From positions 64,001 through 128,000 of the forward strand of contig JBKHIT010000003.1 of NCBI GenBank assembly GCA_046538485.1: 64,000 nucleotides of DNA, written 5' to 3'. Shown in pieces: positions 40,367 to 50,292 of the stretch. The stretch comes from Candidatus Brocadiia bacterium (GTDB lineage Bacteria > Planctomycetota > Brocadiia > SM23-32). Positions within the stretch are counted from its first letter, which is position 1. Each line of letters opens with the position of its first letter. The position numbers and the translations under genes are program-made. The notes under the pieces were generated by a model. The model saw only the letters and a program-made list of their open reading frames with translations. It was not told where the DNA came from and ran no database searches.

Positions 40367-40390
40367 CGTGTCATTCTCGGGGGCTTTTGA

Positions 40391-41392
40391 TTAACGGGTG
40401 CGTTCTGCCATAAAACGGGCCACTTGCTGGAAAAAAGCACTATCTTTAATCGGGATTGATTCGAGCGTTGCAAAAGCTTCTTCGACAAGCTGATTGGCTT
40501 TTTTTTGGGCAAACTCGATGGAACCGGTGCTACGGTAAACTTCCAGCACGGTTTCCACGTCGTGTGTTTTGGTTTCAGCTCGGGGTTTCCGGATAATTTC
40601 CAGCAGCTTAGCTTTCATTTCGGGCTCGGCAACATTCAGAGAATGTGCGTAAAGGATACTCGGTTTTCCCTCCCGTATGTCATTACCGATCTCCCCACCG
40701 CGTCCTTTGCCTTTGGTCAAATCGATGATGTCGTCGCGAATCTGGAAAGCAGGGCCCATATTGGATCCCAATTCCCTGATGGGTTGAGTTTCTTCCGGCC
40801 TCATCCCAGCGATCAGCGCACCACCGACCATCCCGAGGGCAAGATAGTCGCCGGTTTTCAATTCCACCATTTTTAAATAGTCGCTGACTGTGAAATCTTT
40901 GGAGCCGCGACAGTTAAGGTCAAGGGCTTGACCGGCGCAAGTGTGTTCGTAAGCCCTTGTGAACGCACTAATAAGTTGTCGCAGCTTTGTATCGTCGACG
41001 GGACACCTGAGGATAGCCGAGTAGGCGCGGCCCAGCATGTAATCGCCGACGTTGATAGCATTTCCCTGCCCGAATTGCTTCCAAACTGTTGGTTTGTCCC
41101 GGCGAATCGCATCGCCATCTTCAAGGTCATCATGGATCAGCAACATGTTGTGGAGTAGCTCAACCGCAGCGGCGAATGGGAGAGCGGCATCGGAGTCCCC
41201 GCCCAAATGCTCGCAGCACATCAGGCAGAGGGCCGGCCGGACACGTTTCCCTCCGCTTTCCATATGATGCCAGAAGGGCCTAGAAATGTAATCTTTATCT
41301 CCAGCTGGAAACAACTCGTGCAGGAGAGGATTAATACGGCCACCTGCTTCCGTGAGGCGTTGTTCAAATTCTGCGAGTTGTTTCTCGTCCAT
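40391..41392 (-). CDS. Polyprenyl diphosphate synthase
   Basis: GGKRVRP, IHDDLED..RR, GQALD, KTG, FQIRDD, DIREGK. Confidence 0.95.
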   Translation of the reverse strand: MDEKQLAEFEQRLTEAGGRINPLLHELFPAGDKDYISRPFWHHMESGGKRVRPALCLMCCEHLGGDSDAALPFAAAVELLHNMLLIHDDLEDGDAIRRDKPTVWKQFGQGNAINVGDYMLGRAYSAILRCPVDDTKLRQLISAFTRAYEHTCAGQALDLNCRGSKDFTVSDYLKMVELKTGDYLALGMVGGALIAGMRPEETQPIRELGSNMGPAFQIRDDIIDLTKGKGRGGEIGNDIREGKPSILYAHSLNVAEPEMKAKLLEIIRKPRAETKTHDVETVLEVYRSTGSIEFAQKKANQLVEEAFATLESIPIKDSAFFQQVARFMAERTR

Positions 41393-41551
41393 GTGAAGGC
41401 TTTCAGTTAACAGGGAACTCTCAAACCCCCGCATTTTATCGTACCAGCAGCTGAGCTCATGTCAACATGAGAAGTCTCAAATGTTAAAATGTAGAGGAAC
41501 CGATAAGTTATTCTTTCGGGGGTGGTTACATTCCTGCGAAGATGCTCAAGG

Positions 41552-41580
41552 TTGACATGCCTGCGGCACGTGATTAGGAT
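41552..41580 (+). promoter_or_regulatory. Promoter of tRNA-Ser
   Basis: TTGACA-17 bp-TAGGAT, 11 bp before the tRNA. Confidence 0.7.
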
Positions 41581-41591
41581 AACCCGTCTGC

Positions 41592-41687
<96 letters not shown>

Positions 41688-41752
41688 TTTGAATACGCTG
41701 CCGTGTAGGGTTTACAAAGGCAGATTATTTGAGATATGGGGTGAGGTCCGTC

Positions 41753-42307
41753 TTAAGAGAGTTCCAGCAAGTCCCGTATTTTGTCTTTAAGGCTTACCGT
41801 TGAAACGGGTTTGCCAATAACGTCATGGGCACCTTCAATTTGGGCGCTGGAATCCCCGGCGATTGCCAGTGTGCGAACAGGGCGGAATTCCGTTACTGTG
41901 CGTATGCTCTGGCAGATTTCGGCTGGATCAAGACCGCTGATATCTGTGTTCACCACGACAAAATCCGGCTGGTAGATACCGAGTCGAATCAAACCGGCAT
42001 AGCCACCTGTTGAAGATTCAATCTCAAAATCTTGTTCCATCGGCTCTACCACATTTCTGATCGTTTCGATATCGCTCGGTTTATCTGTGAGCACAAATAC
42101 ATTGAACGTTTCAAAAGCCTTGAGGCGGTCCATCGATATGTCATACTGCTCCATAAATTCTATAAGTGCCTTTCGTGGAATACGCCGGACACCTGTGACA
42201 GGTGATTTAATAACGCCAATCCTACCCGAATCGCAGTAGCGAATAATTGTCATCGGGCTGACCTGGCAAATTTCAGCCGCCTCACCAGTGGTGAAAAGCT
42301 CTTTCAT
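41753..42307 (-). CDS. HTH_17 DNA-binding domain + receiver-like domain regulator
   Basis: FTTGEAAEICQVSPMTIIRYCDSG..RRIPR..FM; PDFVVVN..IGKPV. Confidence 0.85.
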   Translation of the reverse strand: MKELFTTGEAAEICQVSPMTIIRYCDSGRIGVIKSPVTGVRRIPRKALIEFMEQYDISMDRLKAFETFNVFVLTDKPSDIETIRNVVEPMEQDFEIESSTGGYAGLIRLGIYQPDFVVVNTDISGLDPAEICQSIRTVTEFRPVRTLAIAGDSSAQIEGAHDVIGKPVSTVSLKDKIRDLLELS

Positions 42308-42512
42308 TTTCCCGGTACCTGCAAAAAAGTTACAAGAAATTAATTCTATAAAAAGGGTCCCCTTCAGCACTATCTATTAATAATTATTGCAGCTACTGCT
42401 AAAAATGTCAACCCATTTCTATTTAAAGTACAGAAAATGCATTCAATTGTTTCCAGAGCTATGTTTCCCTTTCTTTGTGAGGAAAGAAACATATTTGCGG
42501 GCACTAAAGCGT

Positions 42513-42540
42513 TTGACGAATGGCACCTGAGAGAGATAAT
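42513..42540 (+). promoter_or_regulatory. Possible promoter of thi4
   Basis: TTGACG-16 bp-GATAAT. Confidence 0.5.
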
Positions 42541-42616
42541 GTCGAAAGATTAGAGTTTTCATTCCAAGCAGAAAGAATTTCGCATCCCCGATGGTAATAG
42601 CATCCAGGAGAAAATA

Positions 42617-43402
42617 ATGACAGATGAAGAAATTTTCGCCCATGCTGGCGAAGAAAAAGTAAGTCGAGCTATTGTGTCTGCATTTTCCCAAGAATTGCTC
42701 GAATACATCGAAAGTGATTGCCTGATAATTGGTGGTGGCCCCAGCGGCTTGATGCTTGCCCGAGAGGTGGCATCCAGCGGATTAAAGACTCTGATTGTCG
42801 AGCGAAACAACTACCTCGGTGGCGGTTTTTGGCTGGGAGGCTACCTCATGAATAAACTCACCATCCGTGCCCCCGCTCAGAAAGAACTCGACGACCTCGG
42901 AATTCCCTATACCCAGGCTGAAGAAGGTCTTTATGTTGCTGACGGACCCCTGGCGTGCTCGAAACTCATAGTTGAAGCATGCGAAGCCGGTGCAAAAGTG
43001 CTTAACATGACAAGTTTCGAAGACGTGGTGGTTCGAGAAGGCGGACGGGTGGCCGGCGCGGTCATCAACTGGACCCCGGTTGCAAACCTTCCAGTACAGG
43101 TGCGTTGTGTCGATCCCATATCGCTGAAGGCTGACTATGTGGTTGATGCTACGGGACACGATGCTTTTGTGCTGCACTCTCTGGAAGACAGGGGATTTTT
43201 CGAGACGAAGGGGTACGGTGCCATGTGGGTGGAGCGGTCTGAGGATTTGATTGTACAAAAAACGGGTGAAGTTCACCCGGGTCTTATTGCTGTGGGGATG
43301 TCAGTGAGCACGGCTTTCGGAGTCCCTCGGATGGGCCCTACTTTTGGTGCAATGTTGCTTTCAGGGAAGAAAGGGGCCGAAGTTATTCTTAAAAACCACT
43401 GA
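42617..43402 (+). CDS. thi4: Thi4-type adenosine diphosphate thiazole synthase
   Basis: GGGPSGL, GGGFWLGG, CVDP, DATGHDA, PRMGPTFGAMLLSG. Confidence 0.95.
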   Translation: MTDEEIFAHAGEEKVSRAIVSAFSQELLEYIESDCLIIGGGPSGLMLAREVASSGLKTLIVERNNYLGGGFWLGGYLMNKLTIRAPAQKELDDLGIPYTQAEEGLYVADGPLACSKLIVEACEAGAKVLNMTSFEDVVVREGGRVAGAVINWTPVANLPVQVRCVDPISLKADYVVDATGHDAFVLHSLEDRGFFETKGYGAMWVERSEDLIVQKTGEVHPGLIAVGMSVSTAFGVPRMGPTFGAMLLSGKKGAEVILKNH

Positions 43403-43544
43403 GTTCTGGCTACAGATTTTTTTGGTTTTAAAGATATTCGGGCAAAATGTGTAATTCCCATTCGAAATTGAAGTTGCGGATTTGAAAATGGCACAATGAT
43501 CGTTTCAATAGTGGTTTGAATTGTTTCTAAGGGCAGAGATTCCA

Positions 43545-44459
43545 ATGGTATCGCAAAACAAAATGGTTCAGGAACTGGATGATCTTAAATCTCGCCGTAA
43601 CGCCATTCTCCTCGTACATAACTACCAGGTGCCAGAGTTACAGGATGTGGCCGACTTTCGGGGAGATTCCCTGGGCCTCAGTCGGAAAGCCGCCGAAAGT
43701 GACGCCGACGTTATCGTTTTTTGTGGCGTGCATTTTATGGCTGAAACGGCTTCAATCCTCTGCAGGGAAAAAACAGTGCTCATCCCGGATTTGCACTGTG
43801 GGTGTCCGATGGCTGATATGATTGATGCCGAGCAGTTGCGTGCTTTGAAGCGTGAGCACCCCGGGGCCGTGGTCGTTTGTTACGTTAACAGCAGTGCGGA
43901 AGTAAAGGCCGAGAGCGATTTGTGCTGCACATCCGCCAATTCTCAAGAAATAGTGAATTCTGTCGGAAAAGACAGGTCGATAATTTTCGTTCCGGACAGG
44001 TTCCTGGGCACGTATACAGCATCCCAGACAGGGCGTGATTTGATCTTGTGGGACGGATATTGCCCTGTGCATGCCAATATGAGTCCAGAAGATATCGCAC
44101 GGGCGCGACGGGAACACCCGGGTGCGGCCATCGTGGTTCATCCCGAATGCGGGCCGGAGGTAACTGAAAAAGCTGATGCGGTGGAATCAACGAGTGGTAT
44201 GTGTCGTTTCTCCGGCAAGACCAAGGCAAATGAAATCGTTGTTGGGACGGAAGTCGGTATGATATACCGTCTGCAAACGGATTACCCGGACAAGTCGTTT
44301 TATCCTCTTCTCAAATCGGCGGAGTGCGCGGGTATGAAACGGAATTCTTTTCAGAAAGTGGTCTTTGCGCTCCGGGAAATGCAACACAAGGTTAAGGTTC
44401 CTGAAGATATCGCTGAGAGGGCCGAGGACGCCATAAACGCGATGGTCCAGGCAGGATGA
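43545..44459 (+). CDS. nadA: Quinolinate synthase
   Basis: HNYQ, GDSLGLS, CGVHFMAE, CPMA, YVNS, CPVH, HPEC. Confidence 0.96.
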   Translation: MVSQNKMVQELDDLKSRRNAILLVHNYQVPELQDVADFRGDSLGLSRKAAESDADVIVFCGVHFMAETASILCREKTVLIPDLHCGCPMADMIDAEQLRALKREHPGAVVVCYVNSSAEVKAESDLCCTSANSQEIVNSVGKDRSIIFVPDRFLGTYTASQTGRDLILWDGYCPVHANMSPEDIARARREHPGAAIVVHPECGPEVTEKADAVESTSGMCRFSGKTKANEIVVGTEVGMIYRLQTDYPDKSFYPLLKSAECAGMKRNSFQKVVFALREMQHKVKVPEDIAERAEDAINAMVQAG

Positions 44460-44594
44460 AAGGCCCCGAATACGAACCTCGGAGGGAAAACGGGCGATTA
44501 ATAAGTAGCGTCGGCTCAGGGGAAATACAGGAGGTCTTTGACTCCGCGAAATTAATGCCGCCGTGTTTGCGGTCTGTGAACCGGGGGTTTTGCT

Positions 44595-44622
44595 TTGACT
44601 GTGGCGGTGTGGCCATTAGAAT
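44595..44622 (+). promoter_or_regulatory. Possible promoter of the FG-GAP gene
   Basis: TTGACT-16 bp-TAGAAT. Confidence 0.5.
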
Positions 44623-44657
44623 CATCATATGTTTTTCTTGTTTCCACAGGTGCAGCG

Positions 44658-47024
44658 ATGAAACGTGTCTTATTGGTCATAATGACGGTGTTTTTGGTGA
44701 ATTTCTCCGGCATAATTGCGGGAGAGCAGGGCCAGACCGACTCCAGGGAGTCAATTTTTCGTTTTGCCGGGCCTCATCTTTTCCCGTATAACCCGCGGAT
44801 AAGCAATTTGAGGGTGGCGGATGTCAACAGTGATGGCGGCCTGGACCTCGTGTTTTTAAATAACCGTCTGAGCAAAGTGGAGTTTCGTCTTCAGAAAACC
44901 GGGCAGGCAGGGGGAGAGGACACCGATTCTACCAATACTAAAGAGCCAAATAAGATCGAAGCTGCCCGTTTGCTTAAGGAAGATGCCTTCCCGACAAGTC
45001 ACACAATCAGAGCGTACAGCCCCATCCGCATGGGCGAAAAAACCCCCGGTATAGCGTATTTTTGCGATACCAGAGAGCTTTTCCTGGCCGTGAGTAAGGA
45101 AAATGGGGATTGGGAGCAACGTCAGAGAATGTTGTTGGAAGTCGATTCATCTTATGTGGGAGGTTTTGAAACCGCTGATTTGAACGGCGACGGCCTGGAA
45201 GATCTGGTTTTTCTCACAAGTAAAGCATTGCTGGTTTTTCCCCAGGACAGAACTGATCGCAGGTTAATGGCGCCGCGGCGATATCCGGTTGCGAAGACGA
45301 ATCCTCGCCTGCTTCGCCTGGGCGATATAAGTGGCGATGGGAGGCCGGATTACATCTATGTGGCCTCTGGCACGTTCTATCCGTTGCGCGTGCGTATCAC
45401 TCAGAGGGACGGAGCGGCGGGGCCGGAACACAGGTTCCGAATGCCAGGACCGCGAGATATTGCGGTGGGCGAGATTGATGGCCGAAAAGGATGCGAACTG
45501 GTTGTTATTGAATCTACTACCAACAGGATCAAAATTTTGCGGTGGTCGCGTGAAAAGCCCGAAGAAGAAGACGAATTTGACTATTCAAACGTTCGGTTGA
45601 CGCCTTTGCCAAAGGACAAGATGGCAGAGAAAAGAGACTTTGCTATCGGTGATGTTGATGGAAACGGTCTTGAAGATATTATTGTGACAAGTCCGGCGTC
45701 TTCGCAGGTGACGCTCATCAGGTCGGGGAAAAAGACAGGTATGTTGCCGCCAGAGAATTTCCCGGCATTTAAACGAACCGATCAGCTTATCATTGCTCCG
45801 AGGGGCAAGGAGGGCAGAAACGTCGTTTTCATGCTGAGCAAAGAAGAAAAAATCGTCGGAGTGAGCTTTTTCGACACCGTAAAGGGGCGTCTGACCTATC
45901 CGCAACCGATTGATACTGGCGGAAAACCGCTGAACATTGCTTTAAACCCGGGCTCAGCGGACCGCAAGGCGGGGTTGTGGTGTATGGTTGAGAAAAAGCT
46001 CGAGGATAAAGAGGAGAAGAAAAAAGAACTTTTTATTGTTTTGCTAACAGAATCCAAAGGCAAATACATTGTTGCGACCGAAACAATTGCGCCCGGGTTG
46101 GACTCGGCACCGGAGAGAGTACTTCCGATAAATCTCAACAAAGACGGGCGGGTAGATTTAATGTGCCTGAGAAAATACGAATCGCCGGTATTGCTCGTTC
46201 AAAAGGCGGATGGGACGTTCGAGAACGTGACGGCTAGAGCGGATTTTCGAGGTCATATTCTACGGGATATAAGCAGAGCCACCGTTCACGCCGCGCCATT
46301 AAAAAAAGGGACGGATCCGCTTATTTTTGTAGCAAGCGGCAATTTAATCCGGGCGGTTGCTTTCGAAAAAAAGAATCTCGTTGTGAAGGAACAATTCAGC
46401 AGTGAACGAGGGAACGCAAAGTTTGCAGCACTTCATATTGCAGATCTGGATTCTGACGGTGAGAATGAGATCCTGGCGCTTGATTCCAACGACGATCTGC
46501 TGAATTTCCTGGATAGAGATGAGAAAGGGATTTTCCAGACCAGGCGGAAAACCGATGTGGGAAGTTTTGGTCTTCTGGGTTTGGTTCGAATTGATCAGGA
46601 TGGCGATGGACAAAAGGAAATTGTCTTTGTCGGGACGAAGAAACTCGGCGTGATGTCACGTTCCGCGTCACGACCAAGGTTAACCGAAATCGGAATGGTC
46701 GAGGCTGATCGGGATCGGGTGCACTACGGACAGGTGCTGGTGGGCGATCTGAACAACGATGGTCGTTCTGACCTTGTGCTACGAGAGCTGGCAAAACACC
46801 AGCTTGAGATTTACAGCTATTCACTCGGGCAGAGAGGAAACATGAACTGGAAGAGCAAGTTTCGTTTCCCGGTTTTTGAATCCCATAGTTTTCGAAGCGG
46901 TTCCTCGAGTCAGCATGGTCAACAGCCGAGGGAACTTGTGCTGGGCGACGTTACGGGAGACGGGCTGACGGATATGGCTATTATTGTTCATGACCGTGTC
47001 ATTGTCTATCCGCAACAAAAATAG
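44658..47024 (+). CDS. Exported FG-GAP/VCBS repeat beta-propeller protein
   Basis: Signal peptide; repeated D.NGDG..D motifs (ADVNSDGGLD, ADLNGDGLED, GDLNNDGRSD, GDVTGDGLTD). Confidence 0.88.
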   Translation: MKRVLLVIMTVFLVNFSGIIAGEQGQTDSRESIFRFAGPHLFPYNPRISNLRVADVNSDGGLDLVFLNNRLSKVEFRLQKTGQAGGEDTDSTNTKEPNKIEAARLLKEDAFPTSHTIRAYSPIRMGEKTPGIAYFCDTRELFLAVSKENGDWEQRQRMLLEVDSSYVGGFETADLNGDGLEDLVFLTSKALLVFPQDRTDRRLMAPRRYPVAKTNPRLLRLGDISGDGRPDYIYVASGTFYPLRVRITQRDGAAGPEHRFRMPGPRDIAVGEIDGRKGCELVVIESTTNRIKILRWSREKPEEEDEFDYSNVRLTPLPKDKMAEKRDFAIGDVDGNGLEDIIVTSPASSQVTLIRSGKKTGMLPPENFPAFKRTDQLIIAPRGKEGRNVVFMLSKEEKIVGVSFFDTVKGRLTYPQPIDTGGKPLNIALNPGSADRKAGLWCMVEKKLEDKEEKKKELFIVLLTESKGKYIVATETIAPGLDSAPERVLPINLNKDGRVDLMCLRKYESPVLLVQKADGTFENVTARADFRGHILRDISRATVHAAPLKKGTDPLIFVASGNLIRAVAFEKKNLVVKEQFSSERGNAKFAALHIADLDSDGENEILALDSNDDLLNFLDRDEKGIFQTRRKTDVGSFGLLGLVRIDQDGDGQKEIVFVGTKKLGVMSRSASRPRLTEIGMVEADRDRVHYGQVLVGDLNNDGRSDLVLRELAKHQLEIYSYSLGQRGNMNWKSKFRFPVFESHSFRSGSSSQHGQQPRELVLGDVTGDGLTDMAIIVHDRVIVYPQQK

Positions 47025-47034
47025 GAGTTGGTTA

Positions 47035-49086
47035 ATGAGGGATGCGACTCTCCGCAGTGAAGTTTGTGAGATTTCGGAAAAAGATTTCTGGTCTTCGTTC
47101 CGAATTCTCGAGGAGAAAGAGCCCGACGCTTCAAGAAAGCTGGAGGCTGCAATTGGTTTGGCTGAAGGTGGGCACAAAGCACGGGCGTACAACCGGATTG
47201 CCGATTACCATATGATGACACTTGCGGAGGAGTGGGAAAGTATCCGGGACGAGTTTGTTTCGAAAAGTGTACCGGATTCGGAAGAATTGGATGACCTCTA
47301 CGAACGCCGGATCAAGGGGCCAGCTGGTAAAAGTGTGAGTTTCGGTGAGGACTTTGATTGGAACTGTCGAGAGTTTGGCCCACAGGGTTGTTACAGGTTT
47401 CATCGTCTTGAATGGCTTATGCCGGCTGTTCAGAAATATATTCGCGACGGGGAGAGACGTTGGGCGCGTTTTTTGAACCGGGTTCTTGTCAGTTATTACC
47501 ACGCCCGGAATAATGAGGATTATCTCGGTAATAAACAGCATCCCGTTTACTGTGAACGGGGGATTGATCGCAAACTGGATGTTCTTTTGCCTGCTTATCT
47601 TGCGCTTGTCAATAATGATGATGCTGCGGTTGATACGGTTGAAGCCATTTTGAAATTTTTTCTTGGATTTGGACGTTGGTTGCAAAGTGCTGTCAAAAAT
47701 TTTAGGCCCGATGCGGCCCATTGCGTTGGCACTGCCAGTCTTTTCCGCCTGGCACGTCTTTTCCCGGAATTTGAGAAAAGCCGCGACTGGGAGGATCAAA
47801 CGATCGATAATCTCGTTTCGCATGCGGACAAAAGTTTTACCAACGACGGATGCCACATAAGCCGCTGTTGGCAAACAGGATGGTGTGTTCTAGGTGCTTT
47901 AACAGAGGCGTATCTTCTGGCCGTAAAGCGAGGCGGTTTTCCAAAAGAAGAAAGGCATTTTCGCAATCGACTTCGGATTGCATTCCGTTGGATGGCGCGT
48001 ACCATGGGGCCCGGTGATACCATGCCGGGCTACGGGAATGGCTGGGTGAAGGAAAGCCCGGAAGTCTTTGATCTCGCCGGCAAACTTTTTCGCGATACGG
48101 GGGACCGTTATTTCGGGGAAGATCGCGGGCGCTCCTGGCGGCTGCGACGTTCCGGTTATGCCGTAATGAGAAACGGGACGGGGGCAACGTCCGGATATCT
48201 GTTGCTTAACTTCGGCCGTTTTGCGGATGACCAGGCCCATTTTGATCTATTGAACCTGGATTTTTGGGCTTACGGACAACCTCTTATAGATGAAGCCGGC
48301 GGCTCTTGCTCACAAGATCAGGGGCTTGATTGCGTTATGAGAACGCCGAGAAGCCATAATCAGGTGCTTATCGATGGCCATCCGTATGATTCCCGTGCTA
48401 TTGAAGCCAAAGATATCATCTGGAAATCGACACAAGAAATCGATTTTTTCTCCGCTTGCCATCGGGCATACCGGAAAAGGGGAGAAGTTGATGGCCGAGA
48501 TTTTATTCCGAGCATGGATGCTGTGATCAGGCGAACTGTCGTCTTTGTCAAAAAACCAGGATATGCTGTTGTAATGGATTCGGTGCAGCCCGAAGGGAAC
48601 GGAGATTATAATCGTTCTATTTCAGCGTGGTGGCACTCAAGCCAGCCATTCAAAGTGGCAGCTACCGGACGGGCTATTACTAAAGGTAGTCCCGGGATGC
48701 TCGTGTTTTCGGTCCGTCCACAGGGGATCCACCGTATGGAAACCGGTGTTGACCGATATCCGGATGAATGCATGGAAAAAAACATGGCCCGCTACTACCT
48801 CCGGGTGAGGCGGTGGGGCGCACCGGGGCACACCGGTTGCCTGGGCTTTATCACGTTGCTGTATCCTTTCGAGGATAAAACTCCTGAGATCGCTTTTGAT
48901 ACGCTGCCCACGCACGGAGGAGAACAGTGGCGGAGCGAGGCCATCGAAGTAAGGAGTCCTGCGGGGCGCGATATTTTGGTTTTGAATCCCGAAAGAATGC
49001 GCAATTTGCTCTGGCGTGGTCGTGATCTGAGCTCGCGTGCCTGGATCCGGCTGGGCGGGGAGCGGGGGACAGTAACTGTCGAATGA
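47035..49086 (+). CDS. Heparinase II/III-family protein (possibly degenerate)
   Basis: LFPEF..W, SGYAVMR, H.D.L...WAYG, SHNQVLIDG, RRTVVFVK; GGAG RBS. Confidence 0.8.
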   Translation: MRDATLRSEVCEISEKDFWSSFRILEEKEPDASRKLEAAIGLAEGGHKARAYNRIADYHMMTLAEEWESIRDEFVSKSVPDSEELDDLYERRIKGPAGKSVSFGEDFDWNCREFGPQGCYRFHRLEWLMPAVQKYIRDGERRWARFLNRVLVSYYHARNNEDYLGNKQHPVYCERGIDRKLDVLLPAYLALVNNDDAAVDTVEAILKFFLGFGRWLQSAVKNFRPDAAHCVGTASLFRLARLFPEFEKSRDWEDQTIDNLVSHADKSFTNDGCHISRCWQTGWCVLGALTEAYLLAVKRGGFPKEERHFRNRLRIAFRWMARTMGPGDTMPGYGNGWVKESPEVFDLAGKLFRDTGDRYFGEDRGRSWRLRRSGYAVMRNGTGATSGYLLLNFGRFADDQAHFDLLNLDFWAYGQPLIDEAGGSCSQDQGLDCVMRTPRSHNQVLIDGHPYDSRAIEAKDIIWKSTQEIDFFSACHRAYRKRGEVDGRDFIPSMDAVIRRTVVFVKKPGYAVVMDSVQPEGNGDYNRSISAWWHSSQPFKVAATGRAITKGSPGMLVFSVRPQGIHRMETGVDRYPDECMEKNMARYYLRVRRWGAPGHTGCLGFITLLYPFEDKTPEIAFDTLPTHGGEQWRSEAIEVRSPAGRDILVLNPERMRNLLWRGRDLSSRAWIRLGGERGTVTVE

Positions 49087-49093
49087 GAGATGA

Positions 49094-49981
49094 TCAAGCC
49101 CGGGGATGAGATTGATCGTAAATTTCTTTCAGGTTCTCGGTGGTCAGGTGTGTGTAAATCTGTGTGGTACTCAGATTCTCATGACCGAGCAGCTCCTGAA
49201 TCGAACGAAGGTCTGCTCCGTTTTGAAGCATGTGGGTGGCAAAACTGTGCCTTAGAGAATGGGGACTGAGATTTGCGTCAAGACCCGCTTTCAGAAGATA
49301 TTTTCGCAGAATGCGCCGGACACTCCGCGATGTTAAACGCCCCCCATCGACCGCATTAATAAAAAGCGCAATTGGGCTGCGATCGGGCAGGTTCGCCTCT
49401 CGGACCTTGCTGCGATAGCTGCGAATAGCCCGGATTGCCGTCGACCCCAAAGGAGCGAGGCGTTCTTTCTTGCCTTTCCCTTGCACACGAGCAACTTCCG
49501 CCGAAAGGTCAAGATCGTCAAGATCCAGCGAAACGAGCTCGCTAACCCGCAGTCCGCCCCCATAAAGTGTCTCAAGTATCGCCAGGTCGCGGGCCCCTTT
49601 CCAATCGGTCGTTTCCGGGGCATCCATCAAGCGTTCAATATCTGCGACTGTGAGAAAACGAGGCAGTTTCTTTTCCTGCCGGGGCGTCCGCAGGACCGAA
49701 ACCGGATTCTTCTTTATGTAGCCCTCCCTGTACATAAATTTATAGAGAGAACGAATGGCTGATACTTTCCGCGCGACGGTGCTTCTCGACAGCCCACGGG
49801 CGCGGAGAGTTGCCAGAAAACCCCTTACGTCCCGGAGAACTGCTGCCTGTACCTCTTTTTCGCGCGCATTAAGGAAATCACGGAAATCCTCAAGGTCCGT
49901 CCGATAGGCGCGTAGAGTGTGTTCAGAATAGCTTTTCTCAACTTTGAGCCGGTTCAAAAACTGGTCGACAAGAGAATCCAT
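49094..49981 (-). CDS. xerC: Tyrosine recombinase XerC-type
   Basis: YSEHTLRAY, RD.AILETLYGGGLRVSEL, GKGKKER, HSLRHSFATH, LLGH..LSTTQIYTH, ends HPRA. Confidence 0.9.
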   Translation of the reverse strand: MDSLVDQFLNRLKVEKSYSEHTLRAYRTDLEDFRDFLNAREKEVQAAVLRDVRGFLATLRARGLSRSTVARKVSAIRSLYKFMYREGYIKKNPVSVLRTPRQEKKLPRFLTVADIERLMDAPETTDWKGARDLAILETLYGGGLRVSELVSLDLDDLDLSAEVARVQGKGKKERLAPLGSTAIRAIRSYRSKVREANLPDRSPIALFINAVDGGRLTSRSVRRILRKYLLKAGLDANLSPHSLRHSFATHMLQNGADLRSIQELLGHENLSTTQIYTHLTTENLKEIYDQSHPRA

Positions 49982-50020
49982 CTGGCATCCAATCAAGAAG
50001 GAAAAACGGAGTCGGGTTAC

Positions 50021-50292
50021 TAGTGGTCCGTTCCACTTGATGTTGTGCGTTCAGCCGTTCGTCGGCGGTTCAGATGCAAGGCGCAGTGAGAAGTTCGACC
50101 CAAGTGGGTCCACGCCGAACTGCAACGCCGCAGATGGGCCGCCGCCGTCCGGCCCGAGGGGAGCAATTCTGCCGGGCCATTTCTTCGTTGCGGCTTCGCA
50201 GGGACCCGTCCGGGTCACCTTTGGCGCCGCGCTTCGAACTGACCTCGGCAGAAATGCTCTGAACCCACAAAATCAAATGGAACGGACCACTA
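50021..50292. mobile_element. MITE, 272 bp including terminal TA, 34-bp terminal inverted repeats
   Basis: tagtggtccgttccacttgatgttgtgcgttcag ... ctgaacccacaaaatcaaatggaacggaccacta (3 mismatches). Confidence 0.88.

Noticed and set aside
42400..42616. TPP riboswitch before thi4
   Set aside because: CTGAGA falls inside the promoter spacer and the other conserved TPP elements are missing
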